Source of the DNA: Macrostomum lignano
Lineage: Eukaryota
NCBI GenBank assembly: GCA_002269645.1
Contig: NIVC01000260.1
Coordinates: 558,001 to 622,000, forward strand
Reading direction: 5' to 3'
Length of the DNA: 64,000 nt
The number at the start of each line of letters is the position of its first letter. Position 1 is the first letter of the stretch. Below, piece after piece: positions 11,454 through 24,248 of the stretch. The notes under the pieces were generated by a model that was not told the origin of the DNA, did no database searches, and saw only the letters and a list, made by a program, of their open reading frames with translations. The position numbers and the translations under genes were made by a program.

Positions 11454-14400
11454 ATGGTTCTAAAAGCTATCCTGGAAGATACCTACAACTTGATGAAAGT
11501 AATTAAGCGAGGTCGCGAAGTAGTTTCTGGTGTAAGTTTCTATTCCTAGAGACTTTATGTTGATTTTTACCTGTTGTCTAGTGATCTGCTCACTGATACC
11601 TGTAGTGACAAATATTCTACCTATTATTCGTGCTGTGTGGTTGTGTGCCCCCTACATGTGTGGCGCACTTTAAGAGACATTGTCATACAACAGGCGAGAG
11701 GCATTACTGCCCATTTCTCTGACTCTGAGCGGGCACACATGCGCGCGGATACGTACGCAGGTCATACACACAGGCACACACTCGCACAGGATTGTACAGC
11801 GGCCCTATAACTTTATATTATCGTTAGGCATGTACACCTCACTGTGCCTTGGGGGTTGGCCCTCAAGGCCGTTAATTGCACGAGCAGAGCCAAGCCGAGA
11901 TTCCAATTTAGCCACAGATTAATGTAACTGCACTTGGAATCGAGCCTGGGCCGCTGGCACATCAGAGCGCGGCGCGACACCACTCAAACCACTGGGCTAC
12001 GGCCCCCTCCCCAACAGGGAGCCCCCTGTACGTGTGCATTGTCTATGCTGGTTTCCTTTGTTCCTCACTCCGCAGAGCATAGCCGAAAGAATTTGCGACT
12101 CGTACAAGCAGCTCAGTCTGGCTGAGAAGGAGACATTCTTCAACATGCTGGTGTCAGATCATGGCGTTGCGGAGACAACCAAAATCGGCATTACATTGGA
12201 CAGGGTAAGATGCTTATTTATTGGGTTTATAACGCCCCAACGCGTGTCATGTGTCATTTTTGGGTAGTGAGATGAGAGATTTTTGGGGAGTGAGATGAGA
12301 GATTTTAGGGGAGTGAGATGAGAGATTTTAGGGGAGTGAGATGTGGGACATTTTTGGGGAGTGAGATGGAATATTTTTGGGGATTGAGATGTGGGACATT
12401 TCTAAGGAGTGAGATGAGAGGTTTCGGGGGTGATATAGGAAATCTTTTAGGGAGTGAGATTAGAGATTTTTGGAGAGTGAGATGTGGGAGATTTTTGGGG
12501 AGTGAGAAGAGAGATTTTTTGGAGGGAGTGAGATGAGAGATTTGGGGGTGAGATGAGATTTTTTTGGGAGTGTGATGAGATATTTTTGGGTAGTGGGATG
12601 AGAGATTTGGGGGTGAGATAAGAGATTTTTGGGAGTGAGATCAGAGATTTTGGGGAGTGAGATGAGAGATTTCTGTGAAGCGGACAGAGTAAGGGTTATT
12701 TACTGAGTTTATAGCGTGTATGATGACGCATCGACTTAAATCTCAGCCAATTATACTCGTATTTTCATCTTGCCCGCAGTCAAATCCTGTGGAGAGCATT
12801 CAACGCCTGCAGAATCTGCGCCACATCACCCAGCCGCAGTTTGCCGGGCTGTTTCGCGTGCTCGGCAAAGCCCAAGGTGGAGTGAAGTTCATGGTTAATA
12901 TGCGCACTGATCTGAGCAAACTCACTGGCAAATCTACTGTAGAAGCTACTCCAGCTGTTGTCCCAGTGATCGACCACGAGCTCAAACAGCTGCTGTCTGT
13001 GTGGTTCAGCTCGGGTCTGTTTCACCTGCAACGGGCTACCTGGGAGTCGCCGAGTAGGCTGTTGGAGAAGGTGAATTTTTCTATGTTCTTCTAGAATTTT
13101 CTTCTATGCACTACATATCGGTAGGCTATTTTAGTAGGCATCGCAAAATGTACAGTAGGTTTTTTATAATTTAAACTTTGGCGCTAAAATTAATGTTGAA
13201 GATGGGAGATTTTTGGAGAGTGAGATGGGAGATTTTTGGAGAGTGAGATGGAAGATTTTTGAGGAGTGAGATAAGAGAGATTTTTGGCGAGTGAGATGGG
13301 AGATTTTCAGAAAATGAGATTTGAGATTTTTGGGAAGTGAGATGAGAGACATTGGGGAGTGAGATGTGAAAATAAATGATTTTTGAAGGATTCGCTTCAG
13401 ATTCCTTCCTTGCTACTTATTAGTAGATAATCACTTACTAAGCACGATTGAATTCCCTACCCTAACCTCGCTGTCAGGTGGCCGCTAGCGAGGCTGTCCA
13501 CCCGATCCTTGGCTGGCAGGATCTCAAACGTCGTGTTGGCGCCTACAAACGCTGCTTCGTGTTCACGCATCCCTGCCTGCCCGGCGAACCGCTGGTCATT
13601 CTTCACGCCGCACTGCTGGAGAATGTGGCCGACACCATGGAGAAAATTGTGCCAGCACTGTTTGAGCACATGCCTGATAGTGTGGAGGATCCCGCCAGGG
13701 TTAAGGTTTGCACTTTCTGGAAAGTGATTTTGAGGCAACAGATGGATGATTTTGAGGGAATAAGATGGATGATTTTGAGGGAACAAGATGGATGATTTTG
13801 AGGGAACAAGATGGATGATTTTGAGGCTACAAGATGGATGATTTTGAGGGAACAAGATGGATGATTTTGAGGGAACAAGATAGATGATTTTGAGGGAACA
13901 AGATGGATGATTTTGAGGGAACAAGATAGATGATTTTGAGGGAACAAGATGGATGATTTTGAGGCTACAAGATGGATGATTTTGAGGCAACAAGATGGAT
14001 GATTTTGAGGAAATGATGGATGATTTTGAGGGAACAAGATGGATGATTTTGAGGAAATGATGGATGATTTTGAGGGAACAAGATAGATGATTTTGAGGGA
14101 ACAAGATGGATGATTTTGAGGCTACAAGATGGATGATTTTGAGGGAACAAGATGGATGATTTTGAGGCAACAAGATGGATGATTTTGAGGCAACAATATG
14201 GATGATTTTGAGGGAATAAGATGGATGATTTTGAGGAAATGATGGATGATTTTGAGGGAATAAGATGGATGATTTTGAGGGAATAAGATGGATGATTTTG
14301 AGGGAATAAGATGGATGATTTTTAGGGAACAAGATGGATGATTTTTAGGGAACAAGATGGATGATTTTGAGGGAACAAGATGGATGATTTTGAGGGAACA

Positions 14401-17400
14401 AGATAGATAATTTTGAGGGAACAAGATGGATGATTTTGAGGCAACAAGATGGATGATTTTTAGGGAACAAGATGGATGATTTTGAGGGAACAAGATGGAT
14501 GATTTTTAGGGAACAAGATGGATGATTTTGAGGGAACAAGATGGATGATTTTGAGGTAACAAGATGGATGATTTTGAGGCAACAGATGGATGATTTTGAG
14601 GGAACAGATGGATGATTTTGAGGCAACAGATGGATGATTTTGAGGCAACAGATGGATGATTTTGAGGGAACAAGATGGATGATTTTGAGGCAACAAGATG
14701 GATGATTTTGAGGGAACAAGATGGATGATTTTGAGGGAACAAGATGGATGATTTTGAGGGAACAAGATGGATGATTTTGAGGGAACAAGATGGATGATTT
14801 TGAGGGAACAAGATAGATGATTTTGAGGGAACAAGATGGATGATTTTGAGGCAACAAGATGGATGATTTTGAGGTAACAAGATAGATGATTTTGAGGGAA
14901 CAAGATGGATGATTTTTAGGGAACAAGATGGGTGATTTTGAGGGAACAAGATGGATGATTTTGAGGGAACAAGATGGGTGATTTTGAGGGAACAAGATGG
15001 ATGATTTTGAGGGAACAAGATGGATGATTTTGAGGCAACAAGATGGATGATTTTTAGGGAACAAGATGGATGATTTTGAGGCAACAAGATGGATGATTTT
15101 GAGGCAACAAGATGGATGATTTTGAGGGAACAAGATGGATGATTTTGAGGCAACAGATGGATGATTTTGAGGCAACAGATGGATGATTTTGACGGAACAA
15201 GATGGATGATTTTGAGGGAACAAGATAGATGATTTTGAGGGAACAAGATAGATGATTTTGAGGGAACAAGATGGATGATTTTGAGGGAACAAGATAGATG
15301 ATTTTGAGGGAACAAGATGGATGATTTTGAGGGAACAAGATGGATGATTTTGAGGCAACAAGATGGATGATTTTGAGGCAACAAGATGGATGATTTTGAG
15401 GGAATAAGATGGATGATTTTGAGGGAACAAGATGGATGATTTTGAGGGAACAAGATGGGTGATTTTGAGGGAACAGATGGATGATTTTGAGGGAACAAGA
15501 TGGATGATTTTGAGGCAACAAGATGGATGATTTTGAGGCAACAAGATGGATGATTTTGAGGCAACAAGATGGATGATTTTGAGGGAATAAGATGGATGAT
15601 TTTGAGGGAACAAGATGGATGATTTTGAGGGAACAAGATGGATGATTTTGAGGGAACAAGATGGGTGATTTTGAGGGAACAAGATGGATGATTTTGAGGG
15701 AACAAGATGGGTGATTTTGAGGGAACAAGATGGATGATTTTGAGGGAACAAGATGGATGATTTTGAGGCAACAAGATGGATGATTTTTAGGGAACAAGAT
15801 GGATGATTTTGAGGCAACAAGATGGATGATTTTGAGGCAACAAGATGGATGATTTTGAGGGAACAAGATGGATGATTTTGAGGCAACAGATGGATGATTT
15901 TGAGGCAACAGATGGATGATTTTGACGGAACAAGATGGATGATTTTGAGGGAACAAGATAGATGATTTTGAGGGAACAAGATAGATGATTTTGAGGGAAC
16001 AAGATGGATGATTTTGAGGGAACAAGATAGATGATTTTGAGGGAACAAGATGGATGATTTTGAGGGAACAAGATGGATGATTTTGAGGCAACAAGATGGA
16101 TGATTTTGAGGCAACAAGATGGATGATTTTGAGGGAATAAGATGGATGATTTTGAGGGAACAAGATGGATGATTTTGAGGGAACAAGATGGGTGATTTTG
16201 AGGGAACAGATGGATGATTTTGAGGGAACAAGATGGATGATTTTGAGGCAACAAGATGGATGATTTTGAGGCAACAAGATGGATGATTTTGAGGCAACAA
16301 GATGGATGATTTTGAGGGAATAAGATGGATGATTTTGAGGGAACAAGATGGATGATTTTGAGGGAACAAGATGGATGATTTTGAGGGAACAAGATGGGTG
16401 ATTTTGAGGGAACAAGATGGATGATTTTGAAGGAACAAGATGGGTGATTTTGAAGGAACAAGATGGATGATTTTGAGGGAACAAGATGGATGATTTTGAG
16501 GGAACAAGATGGATGATTTTTAGGGAACAAGATGGATGATTTTGAGGGAACAAGATGGATGATTTTGAGGTAACAAGATGGGTGATTTTGAGGGAACAAG
16601 ATGGATGATTTTAAGGGAACAAGATGGATGATTTTGAGGGAACAAGATGGGTGATTTTGAGGGAACAAGATGAATGATTTTGAAGGAACAAGATGGGTGA
16701 TTTTGAAGGAACAAGATGGATGATTTTTAGGGAACAAGATGGATGATTTTGAGGGAACAAGATGGATGATTTTGAGGTAACAAGATGGATGATTTTGAGG
16801 CAACAGATGGATGATTTTGAGGCAACAGATGGATGATTTTGAGGGAACAAGATGGATGATTTTGAGGGAACAAGATGGATGATTTTAAGGGAACAAGATG
16901 GATGATTTTGAGGCAACAGATGGATGATTTTGAGGGAACAAGATGGATGATTTTGAGGGAACAAGATGGATGATTTTTAGGGAACAAGATGGATGATTTT
17001 GAGGCAACAGATGGATGATTTTGAGGGAACAAGATGGATGATTTTGAGGGAACAAGATGGATGATTTTTAGGGAACAAGATGGATGATTTTGAGGCAACA
17101 AGATGGATGATTTTGAGGTAACAAGATGGATGATTTTGAGGCAACAGATGGATGATTTTGAGGCAACAGATGGATGATTTTGAGGGAACAAGATGGATGA
17201 TTTTGAGGGAACAAGATGGATGATTTTAAGGGAACAAGATGGGTGATTTTGAGGGAACAAGATGGATGATTTTGAGGGAACAAGATGGGTGATTTTGAGG
17301 GAACAAGATGGATGATTTTGAGGGAACAAGATGGATGATTTTGAGGCAACAAGATGGATGATTTTTAGGGAACAAGATGGATGATTTTGAGGCAACAAGA

Positions 17401-20225
17401 TGGATGATTTTGAGGCAACAAGATGGATGATTTTGAGGGAACAAGATGGATGATTTTGAGGCAACAGATGGATGATTTTGAGGCAACAGATGGATGATTT
17501 TGACGGAACAAGATGGATGATTTTGAGGGAACAAGATAGATGATTTTGAGGGAACAAGATAGATGATTTTGAGGGAACAAGATGGATGATTTTGAGGGAA
17601 CAAGATAGATGATTTTGAGGGAACAAGATGGATGATTTTGAGGGAACAAGATGGATGATTTTGAGGCAACAAGATGGATGATTTTGAGGCAACAAGATGG
17701 ATGATTTTGAGGGAATAAGATGGATGATTTTGAGGGAACAAGATGGATGATTTTGAGGGAACAAGATGGGTGATTTTGAGGGAACAGATGGATGATTTTG
17801 AGGGAACAAGATGGATGATTTTGAGGCAACAAGATGGATGATTTTGAGGCAACAAGATGGATGATTTTGAGGCAACAAGATGGATGATTTTGAGGGAATA
17901 AGATGGATGATTTTGAGGGAACAAGATGGATGATTTTGAGGGAACAAGATGGATGATTTTGAGGGAACAAGATGGGTGATTTTGAGGGAACAAGATGGAT
18001 GATTTTGAAGGAACAAGATGGGTGATTTTGAAGGAACAAGATGGATGATTTTGAGGGAACAAGATGGATGATTTTGAGGGAACAAGATGGATGATTTTTA
18101 GGGAACAAGATGGATGATTTTGAGGGAACAAGATGGATGATTTTGAGGTAACAAGATGGGTGATTTTGAGGGAACAAGATGGATGATTTTGAGGGAACAA
18201 GATGGATGATTTTGAGGGAACAAGATGGGTGATTTTGAGGGAACAAGATGAATGATTTTGAAGGAACAAGATGGGTGATTTTGAAGGAACAAGATGGATG
18301 ATTTTTAGGGAACAAGATGGATGATTTTGAGGGAACAAGATGGATGATTTTGAGGTAACAAGATGGATGATTTTGAGGCAACAGATGGATGATTTTGAGG
18401 CAACAGATGGATGATTTTGAGGGAACAAGATGGATGATTTTGAGGGAACAAGATGGATGATTTTAAGGGAACAAGATGGATGATTTTGAGGCAACAGATG
18501 GATGATTTTGAGGGAACAAGATGGATGATTTTGAGGGAACAAGATGGATGATTTTTAGGGAACAAGATGGATGATTTTGAGGCAACAGATGGATGATTTT
18601 GAGGGAACAAGATGGATGATTTTGAGGGAACAAGATGGATGATTTTTAGGGAACAAGATGGATGATTTTGAGGCAACAAGATGGATGATTTTGAGGTAAC
18701 AAGATGGATGATTTTGAGGCAACAGATGGATGATTTTGAGGCAACAGATGGATGATTTTGAGGGAACAAGATGGATGATTTTGAGGGAACAAGATGGATG
18801 ATTTTAAGGGAACAAGATGGATGATTTTGAAGCAACAGATGGATGATTTTGAGGTAACAAGATGGATGATTTTGAGGCAACAGATGGATGATTTTGAGGC
18901 AACAGATGGATGATTTTGAGGGAACAAGATGGATGATTTTGAGGGAACAAGATGGATGATTTTAAGGGAACAAGATGGATGATTTTGAGGCAACAAGATG
19001 GATGATTTTGAGGGAACCAGATGGATGATTTTGAGGGAACCAGATGAATGATTTTGAGGGAACCAGATGGATGATTTTGAAGAAACAAGATGAATGATTT
19101 TGAGGGAACAGATCAGTGACAATACTCTGCCCATCCATGCCCTACTCTCGCAGGTGGCAAACTTCTACTCAATCAGCCGGCCCATTGACGGCTTGAGCGG
19201 CATCGACCTCGGCAGCAACATTGTCCGCCGGGTCATGCACCGTCTGCAGGCCGAGTACCCCAAGCTGCAGCACTTCTCCTCTCTGTCCCCCATCCCCGGC
19301 TTCAACAACTGGCTGTTTGGCCAGATCAATCGCCACCTGCAGCACGAGGTGTTCGCCAGAATTCTCGACGATGTTCGACCTGAGAGCTCCGACCTGCTGC
19401 CGTTGTTCTCTGACGAGACTCACGTCAAGATGATGCAGGTTGGCGGCTTTCCGTTCTCGTCATCTTTGGATTATCTACTTCTGCTCCCCCGGATAATCCA
19501 CGTCTATCTACCTGGATAATCCACGTCTATTCACATGGATAATTCACGTCTATCTACCTGGATAATCCACGTCTATTCACCTGGATAATCACGTCTATCT
19601 GCTTCGATTAGCCACATCTATTTATCTAGATAATCCACATGTATCTACCTGAATAATCCACGTCCATCCACCTAGATAATCCATGTCTATCTACCTGGAT
19701 AATCCGTCTATCTACCTAAGTAATCCACGTCCATCCACCTGGATAGTCCATGTCTATCTACCTGGATAATCCGTCTATCTACCTAGATAACCCATGTCTA
19801 CCCACCCCTGTAAACCTCAGCTATTCGACGTAGACAACAACAAAGACCTGTACACCAAGCTGTCAATGACGCTGGAGTCGCAAGAGTGGATCACCTCCCC
19901 AGTGCTAGTCTCGGAGCTGAAGCAGCCCCTGATGAAGCTGTGCGCTCGCTACCTATTCGCGCTGAAGCACCGGGGCCACGCATTGGATCCTATCGCTAAT
20001 TTTCACCTCCGCAACGGTGCGGTGATGTACCGCCTGTGCTGGCAGGCCGATCAGAGTCCGAACGGGCTGAGCCAGTCCTGCGGCATGATGGTCAACTATC
20101 GCTACTATCCAGAGCTCACTGAGGGCTTCTCTGAGAAATATTATTTTACTAAACGGATTCCGGTTGGCGAGCCGTTTGCTAGCGTTATCAGCATCGAACC
20201 GGACAGTCTGCCGCTTGACCCGTGA
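11454..20225 (+). CDS. MLYCD: Malonyl-CoA decarboxylase; exons 11454-11531, 12076-12204, 12780-13070, 13478-13705, 19154-19438, 19821-20225 (471 aa)
   Basis: Motifs match known MCD sequence: GGVKFMVNMRTDL, WFSSGLFHLQRATWESP, EAVHP..W.DLKRRVG.YKRCFVF.HP..PGEPLVILH.AL, FYSIS..L.GIDLG, FSSLSPIPGF, PIANFHLRNGA, SCGMMVNYRY. All introns are GT..AG and phase 0, giving a continuous frame. Exon 1 is the least certain. Confidence 0.93.
11820..12003 (-). mobile_element. tRNA-derived SINE in MLYCD intron 1 (partial copies at ~33770-33815 and ~48322-48357)
   Basis: The minus strand reads CCGTAGCCCAGTGGTTTGAG (A box) ... CCCAGGCTCGATTCC (B box), followed by a non-tRNA body; segments recur elsewhere in the window. 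Confidence 0.65.
12262..12672 (+). repeat. Intronic minisatellite GAGTGAGATGAGAGATTTT(A/T)GGG (~22-23 bp)
   Basis: Tandem units fill MLYCD intron 2; the same motif recurs at ~13197-13370 in intron 3. Confidence 0.9.
13726..19110 (+). repeat. 5.4-kb satellite of a 23-bp unit GAACAAGATGGATGATTTTGAGG (21-22 bp variants) with higher-order duplications
   Basis: Fills nearly all of MLYCD intron 4 (13706-19153). The marker variant GACGGAACAAG occurs at 15191, 15924 and 17502. Confidence 0.97.
19488..19800 (+). repeat. Intronic minisatellite CACGTCTATCTACCTGGATAATC (~23 bp)
   Basis: Tandem units fill MLYCD intron 5 (19439-19820). Confidence 0.9.
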
Positions 20226-20439
20226 GCTGCCGCTTGGCGTGCTTTTCTATGAATTTCTAAGAGTTACTAGTAACAACTTGTTTTTTTACTTTTGTTTCGT
20301 TTGCTTTTTGTTGCTGCGCCCGATTTAAATAACTGTCCGGAAATATTCCACATTTTGGAGAAATTTTCGAAAAATTTAGTATTGCTGTGCCTGCTTCCGG
20401 CCAGTTACCCCCCCCCCCACAGGCAAGTGAGTGAGCTGT

Positions 20440-20482
20440 GTCTATCTGTCTGTCTGTGTGTGTGTCTGTCTGTCTGTGTGTG

Positions 20483-20545
<63 letters not shown>

Positions 20546-20652
20546 GTCTGTCTGTCTGTGTGTATGTCTGTCTATCTGTCTGTCTGTCTGTCTGTGTGTA
20601 TGTCTGTCTGTCTGTCTGTCTGTCTGTCTTAGTGACTGTCTGTCTGTCTGTG

Positions 20653-20707
<55 letters not shown>

Positions 20708-20985
20708 GTGTATGTCTGTCTATCTGTCTGTCTGTCTGTCTGTGTGTATGTCTGTCTGTCTGTCTGTCTGTCTGTGTGTATGTCTATCTGTCTGTCTGTC
20801 TGTCTGGTTGTCTGTCCGTCTGTCTGCCTGTCTGTCTGTCTGTCCGACTGTCTGTCCGTCTGTCTGTCTGTCTTAGTGTCTGTCTGTCTGTCCGTCTTTC
20901 TGTCCGTCTTTCTGTCCGTCTGTCCGTCTGTCTGTCTGTCTTAGTGTCTGTCTGTCTGTCCGTCTTTCTGTCCGTCTGTCTGTCC

Positions 20986-21037
<52 letters not shown>

Positions 21038-21096
21038 GGTTGTCTGTCCGTCTGTCTGCCTGTCTGTCTGTCTGTCCGACTGTCTGTCCGTCTGCC

Positions 21097-21150
<54 letters not shown>
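20440..21150. repeat. (TCTG)n microsatellite, degenerate
   Basis: Directly visible. Confidence 0.97.
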
Positions 21151-21151
<1 letters not shown>

Positions 21152-21390
21152 GTTTGTGCTCTCGCATGTATTCAATTTAAACTAAACTCATATAACTTTT
21201 GTCTTTCATTTCGTCTTCCGTTCATGAATCAGTAGTTTTTCATTTGCTGGCCTGATTGGCAGGGCGTTTGCCAGTCCTGGGTGTAGGCAGGCAGGGGGCC
21301 AAAGGGTCCCCCTAGAAATCAGAGCCAGATGTGCTTTCCAGACTTTGTGTTCTGATTTTGATGTGTTCAGCATTAGCCACAGAAACTAGA

Positions 21391-21699
21391 ATAACTAGAT
21401 GGGCCACTCAGCACATTTGCGTGTAAGCTACTTTCAGTTCAGTAGTAAGTTTAACTGAAGCATTTTAATGTATTTTTAAAGCCAATGCTCATTTATTGGC
21501 TCTCCTCCCAGCTTAAACCCTCAAACTCCCCACAGAACGTCCACCCCTGCCCCACTACCCATTTTTTATTACCTTCCTCGGTACTTTATTACCTGCCTTT
21601 ATTTTTATAAAATTGCTTATGTATTCTTATTTGCTACTGAACTGAAAGCAGAGAGCTGTTTTGCTAAGTCTTATATGCCAGAGTGGCCCATCTAGTTAT
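21391..21699. mobile_element. MITE with 19-bp terminal and 18-bp subterminal inverted repeats
   Basis: ATAACTAGATGGGCCACTC (21391) / GAGTGGCCCATCTAGTTAT (21681-21699); internal CTTTCAGTTCAGTAG / CTACTGAACTGAAAG; possible TA target duplication. Confidence 0.7.
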
Positions 21700-22094
21700 C
21701 TGTATTCTAGTAAATGTTGTTTTAACTTCGCAGGTTACTGTAATTAATATTTGGCCTTATTGTTTTATAACTTGCAAAAGCACTGAGTGTGTATGAATTA
21801 ATCTGATAATTGCACCAGTGTTTTTTGCTAGTAGTTACTCGTATTACTGCAAGTAGCGCGCCGAGTGTATGATTTTTGTGACTGTGTATCAGAGACTGCA
21901 GTAGAATATTAATGTCCGCAAGCGCTTTAATTTTTAAATAAATAATTCAGCAACATTTCTGTTACCTGATTGCCATCTTGTGTGTAAATTATACATTCTA
22001 TCTATCATATCCGATGCCATCATAAAATGTACTTCTCTCTGTCTCTACATTACAAACAGGATGCAATAGTCGCTTTGCTAAAATAAAATTATAA

Positions 22095-22501
22095 ATGCCT
22101 GCTAGTAAAGTATGTATAGCTATTTAGCCTTTGAAGTTCTGAGGTTTGTCTGTCTTATGCAAGTTGATATTTTTATTAATATAAACTATCGAAATTGTTT
22201 TTTTAAAGATCATTTCAGTTAGCCAGTCCGAATGAGAGTTCAGGGGCTTCAGATTGTCCTACTAATAGTTCAGGAACTTCAGATTGTCTTAATAAGAATT
22301 CAGGAGCTTCAGATTGTCCTAATGAGACTTCAGTGGCTTCAGTTTGTCCTAATGAGAGTCCCAGAACTTCAAGATTGTCTTAATGAGAGTTCAGGGGTTT
22401 CAGCCTGTCCTGATGAGAGTTCAGTCGCTTTCCCAACTGCCGATGCAGCAAGCGATGCAGCAAATTGTAATGCCTCATCAGCAAATCTTATCAGACTCTG
22501 A
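22095..22501 (+). other. Candidate small two-exon gene or pseudogene with a 30-bp (10-aa) repeat NESSGASDCP
   Basis: ATG CCT GCT AGT AAA|gtatgt (22095-22109) and catttcag|TTA GCC AGT CCG AAT GAG (22219) are both phase 0. About 7 units vary in codon register; an extra A at ~22371 shifts the frame. Confidence 0.35.
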
Positions 22502-22946
22502 TTATCAACAGCATCGCATCAGCAGCATCGGCAAGATCGAGGCTTAGAGGAGACATGGACTTAAGGATTATGGATTTCTATCCGATTTGCCGGGCAGGAA
22601 TGTAAAAGAAACAGTGAGTTTTTGCCATAGACAACATATGAATACATTTTAGCACAACGCACAAACATTGAATAGTGTAGGCAATTAAAGAGCATAAAAT
22701 ACTTATTGTACCATGACCTTTGTGCCCTATAACAGTTTTTATTCCTGTTATCTTCTGCTCACAAGTCAGAAAGACTTTCGAACACACACATTATTTTAAG
22801 AAGCCAGTAAATTCAATCGGTTTTTTCATTTTTTAAATGATGCATATGCATAATTTTATGTATAAAAGTATGTGTAATAATAATATAAACATACAGCAAC
22901 ATGAGTTCAAGCTTAACCATAGCAATGTCCGTGCTTAAAAAATTGA

Positions 22947-24248
22947 GAGCTTCAGAAATGTTAAGAACATGATGAAAAATCACGCTCAGGTGTCCTTACT
23001 CCCCTGGTGCCACCTGTTGAAGGTGCCGACGACGTCGGGGTGATGGCTAAATGCTTAACTGACTAGCTGAGGATGTCCAGCAGTTGAGGTTTGCCCATTA
23101 TTGAAACTTGATAAGAAAAACCTGACATATTTGCAACAGGATGTCCATAGTCACCTGGTGTAATCTGTTGAAGGTGCCGACGGCGTCCGGGTGATGGCTG
23201 AATGCTTGACTGACTAGCTGAGGATGTCCAGCAGTTGATTTTTGCCCACTGTCGAGGCTTGATTAGCGAAACTAGAGAAATACTTATCGGGCTGTCCATA
23301 GTCACCTGGTGTAATCTGTTGAAGGAGCCGACGGCGTCGGGATGATGACGGAATGCTTGAGAGACTAGCTGAGAATGTCTGGCGGTTGATTCTTGCCCAC
23401 TGTCGAGGCTTGATTAGCGAAACTAGAGAAATACTTATCGGGCTGTCCATAGTCACCTGGTGTAATCTGTTGAAGGAGCCGACGACGTCGGGATGATGAC
23501 GGAATGCTTGAGAGACTAGCTGAGAATGTCTGGCGGTTGATTCTTGCCCACTGTCGAGGCTTGATTAGCGAAACTAGAGAAATACTTATCGGGCTGTCCA
23601 TAGTCACCTGGTGTAATCTGTTGAAGGAGCCGACGACGTCGGGATGATGACGGAATGCTTGAGAGACTAGCTGAGAATGTCTGGCGGTTGATTCTTGCCC
23701 ACTGTCGAGGCTTGATTAGCGAAACTAGAGAAATACTTATCGGGCTGTCCATAGTCACCTGGTGTAATCTGTTGAAGGAGCCGACGGCGTCGGGATGATG
23801 ACGGAATGCTTGAGAGACTAGCTGAGAATGTCTGGCGGTTGATTCTTGCCCACTGTCGAGGCTTGATCGGCGAAACTAGAGAAATCCGCATCAGGGTGTC
23901 CATAGTCACCTGGTGCCACCTGTTGAGGGTCCTGAAGCTCCACCTGGGTGAAGGCTAGTGACCAACGAAGTCAGAGCTGATGCAGACACATGTGGTCGAC
24001 GCGCTGATGAAATTTGGAGACTTGGCAAGGCTGCACTGAGGCGCAGTGCTGATTGGCGCACAGGGGTGTACTGAATACACTAGCACTTATGGGAAAAATC
24101 CGACCTTCTGGCAGAATCATCGAATATCTCGACGGTCCGGAGGGCTGATGACTTGATTCATGTTTGAGAAGGTGCGCAACAAAAATTTGGCCCGTGTTCT
24201 TGAATTCCCCCCCCCCCTCTTGGTAGTTCGACGGGCGGAAAAATGGCT
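22947..24248 (+). mobile_element. Non-autonomous element with about six central 151-bp tandem repeats and a hairpin-rich 3' arm
   Basis: ORF-track repeats at 151-bp offsets (23214, 23365, 23516, 23667). The unique arms recur at 38820-39180, 40628-41226 (inverted) and 41227-41897. Confidence 0.8.

Noticed and set aside
13457-19134. Long minus-strand ORFs (PQNHPSCSLKIIHL..., up to 720 aa)
   Set aside because: They are translations of a stop-poor 23-bp satellite lying inside an intron of MLYCD.
23040-23910. Hammerhead ribozyme/retrozyme in the 151-bp repeat (CTGAGGA...GAAAC...TAGTC)
   Set aside because: Only helix III could pair; helices I and II do not close, and most units read CTGAGAA.
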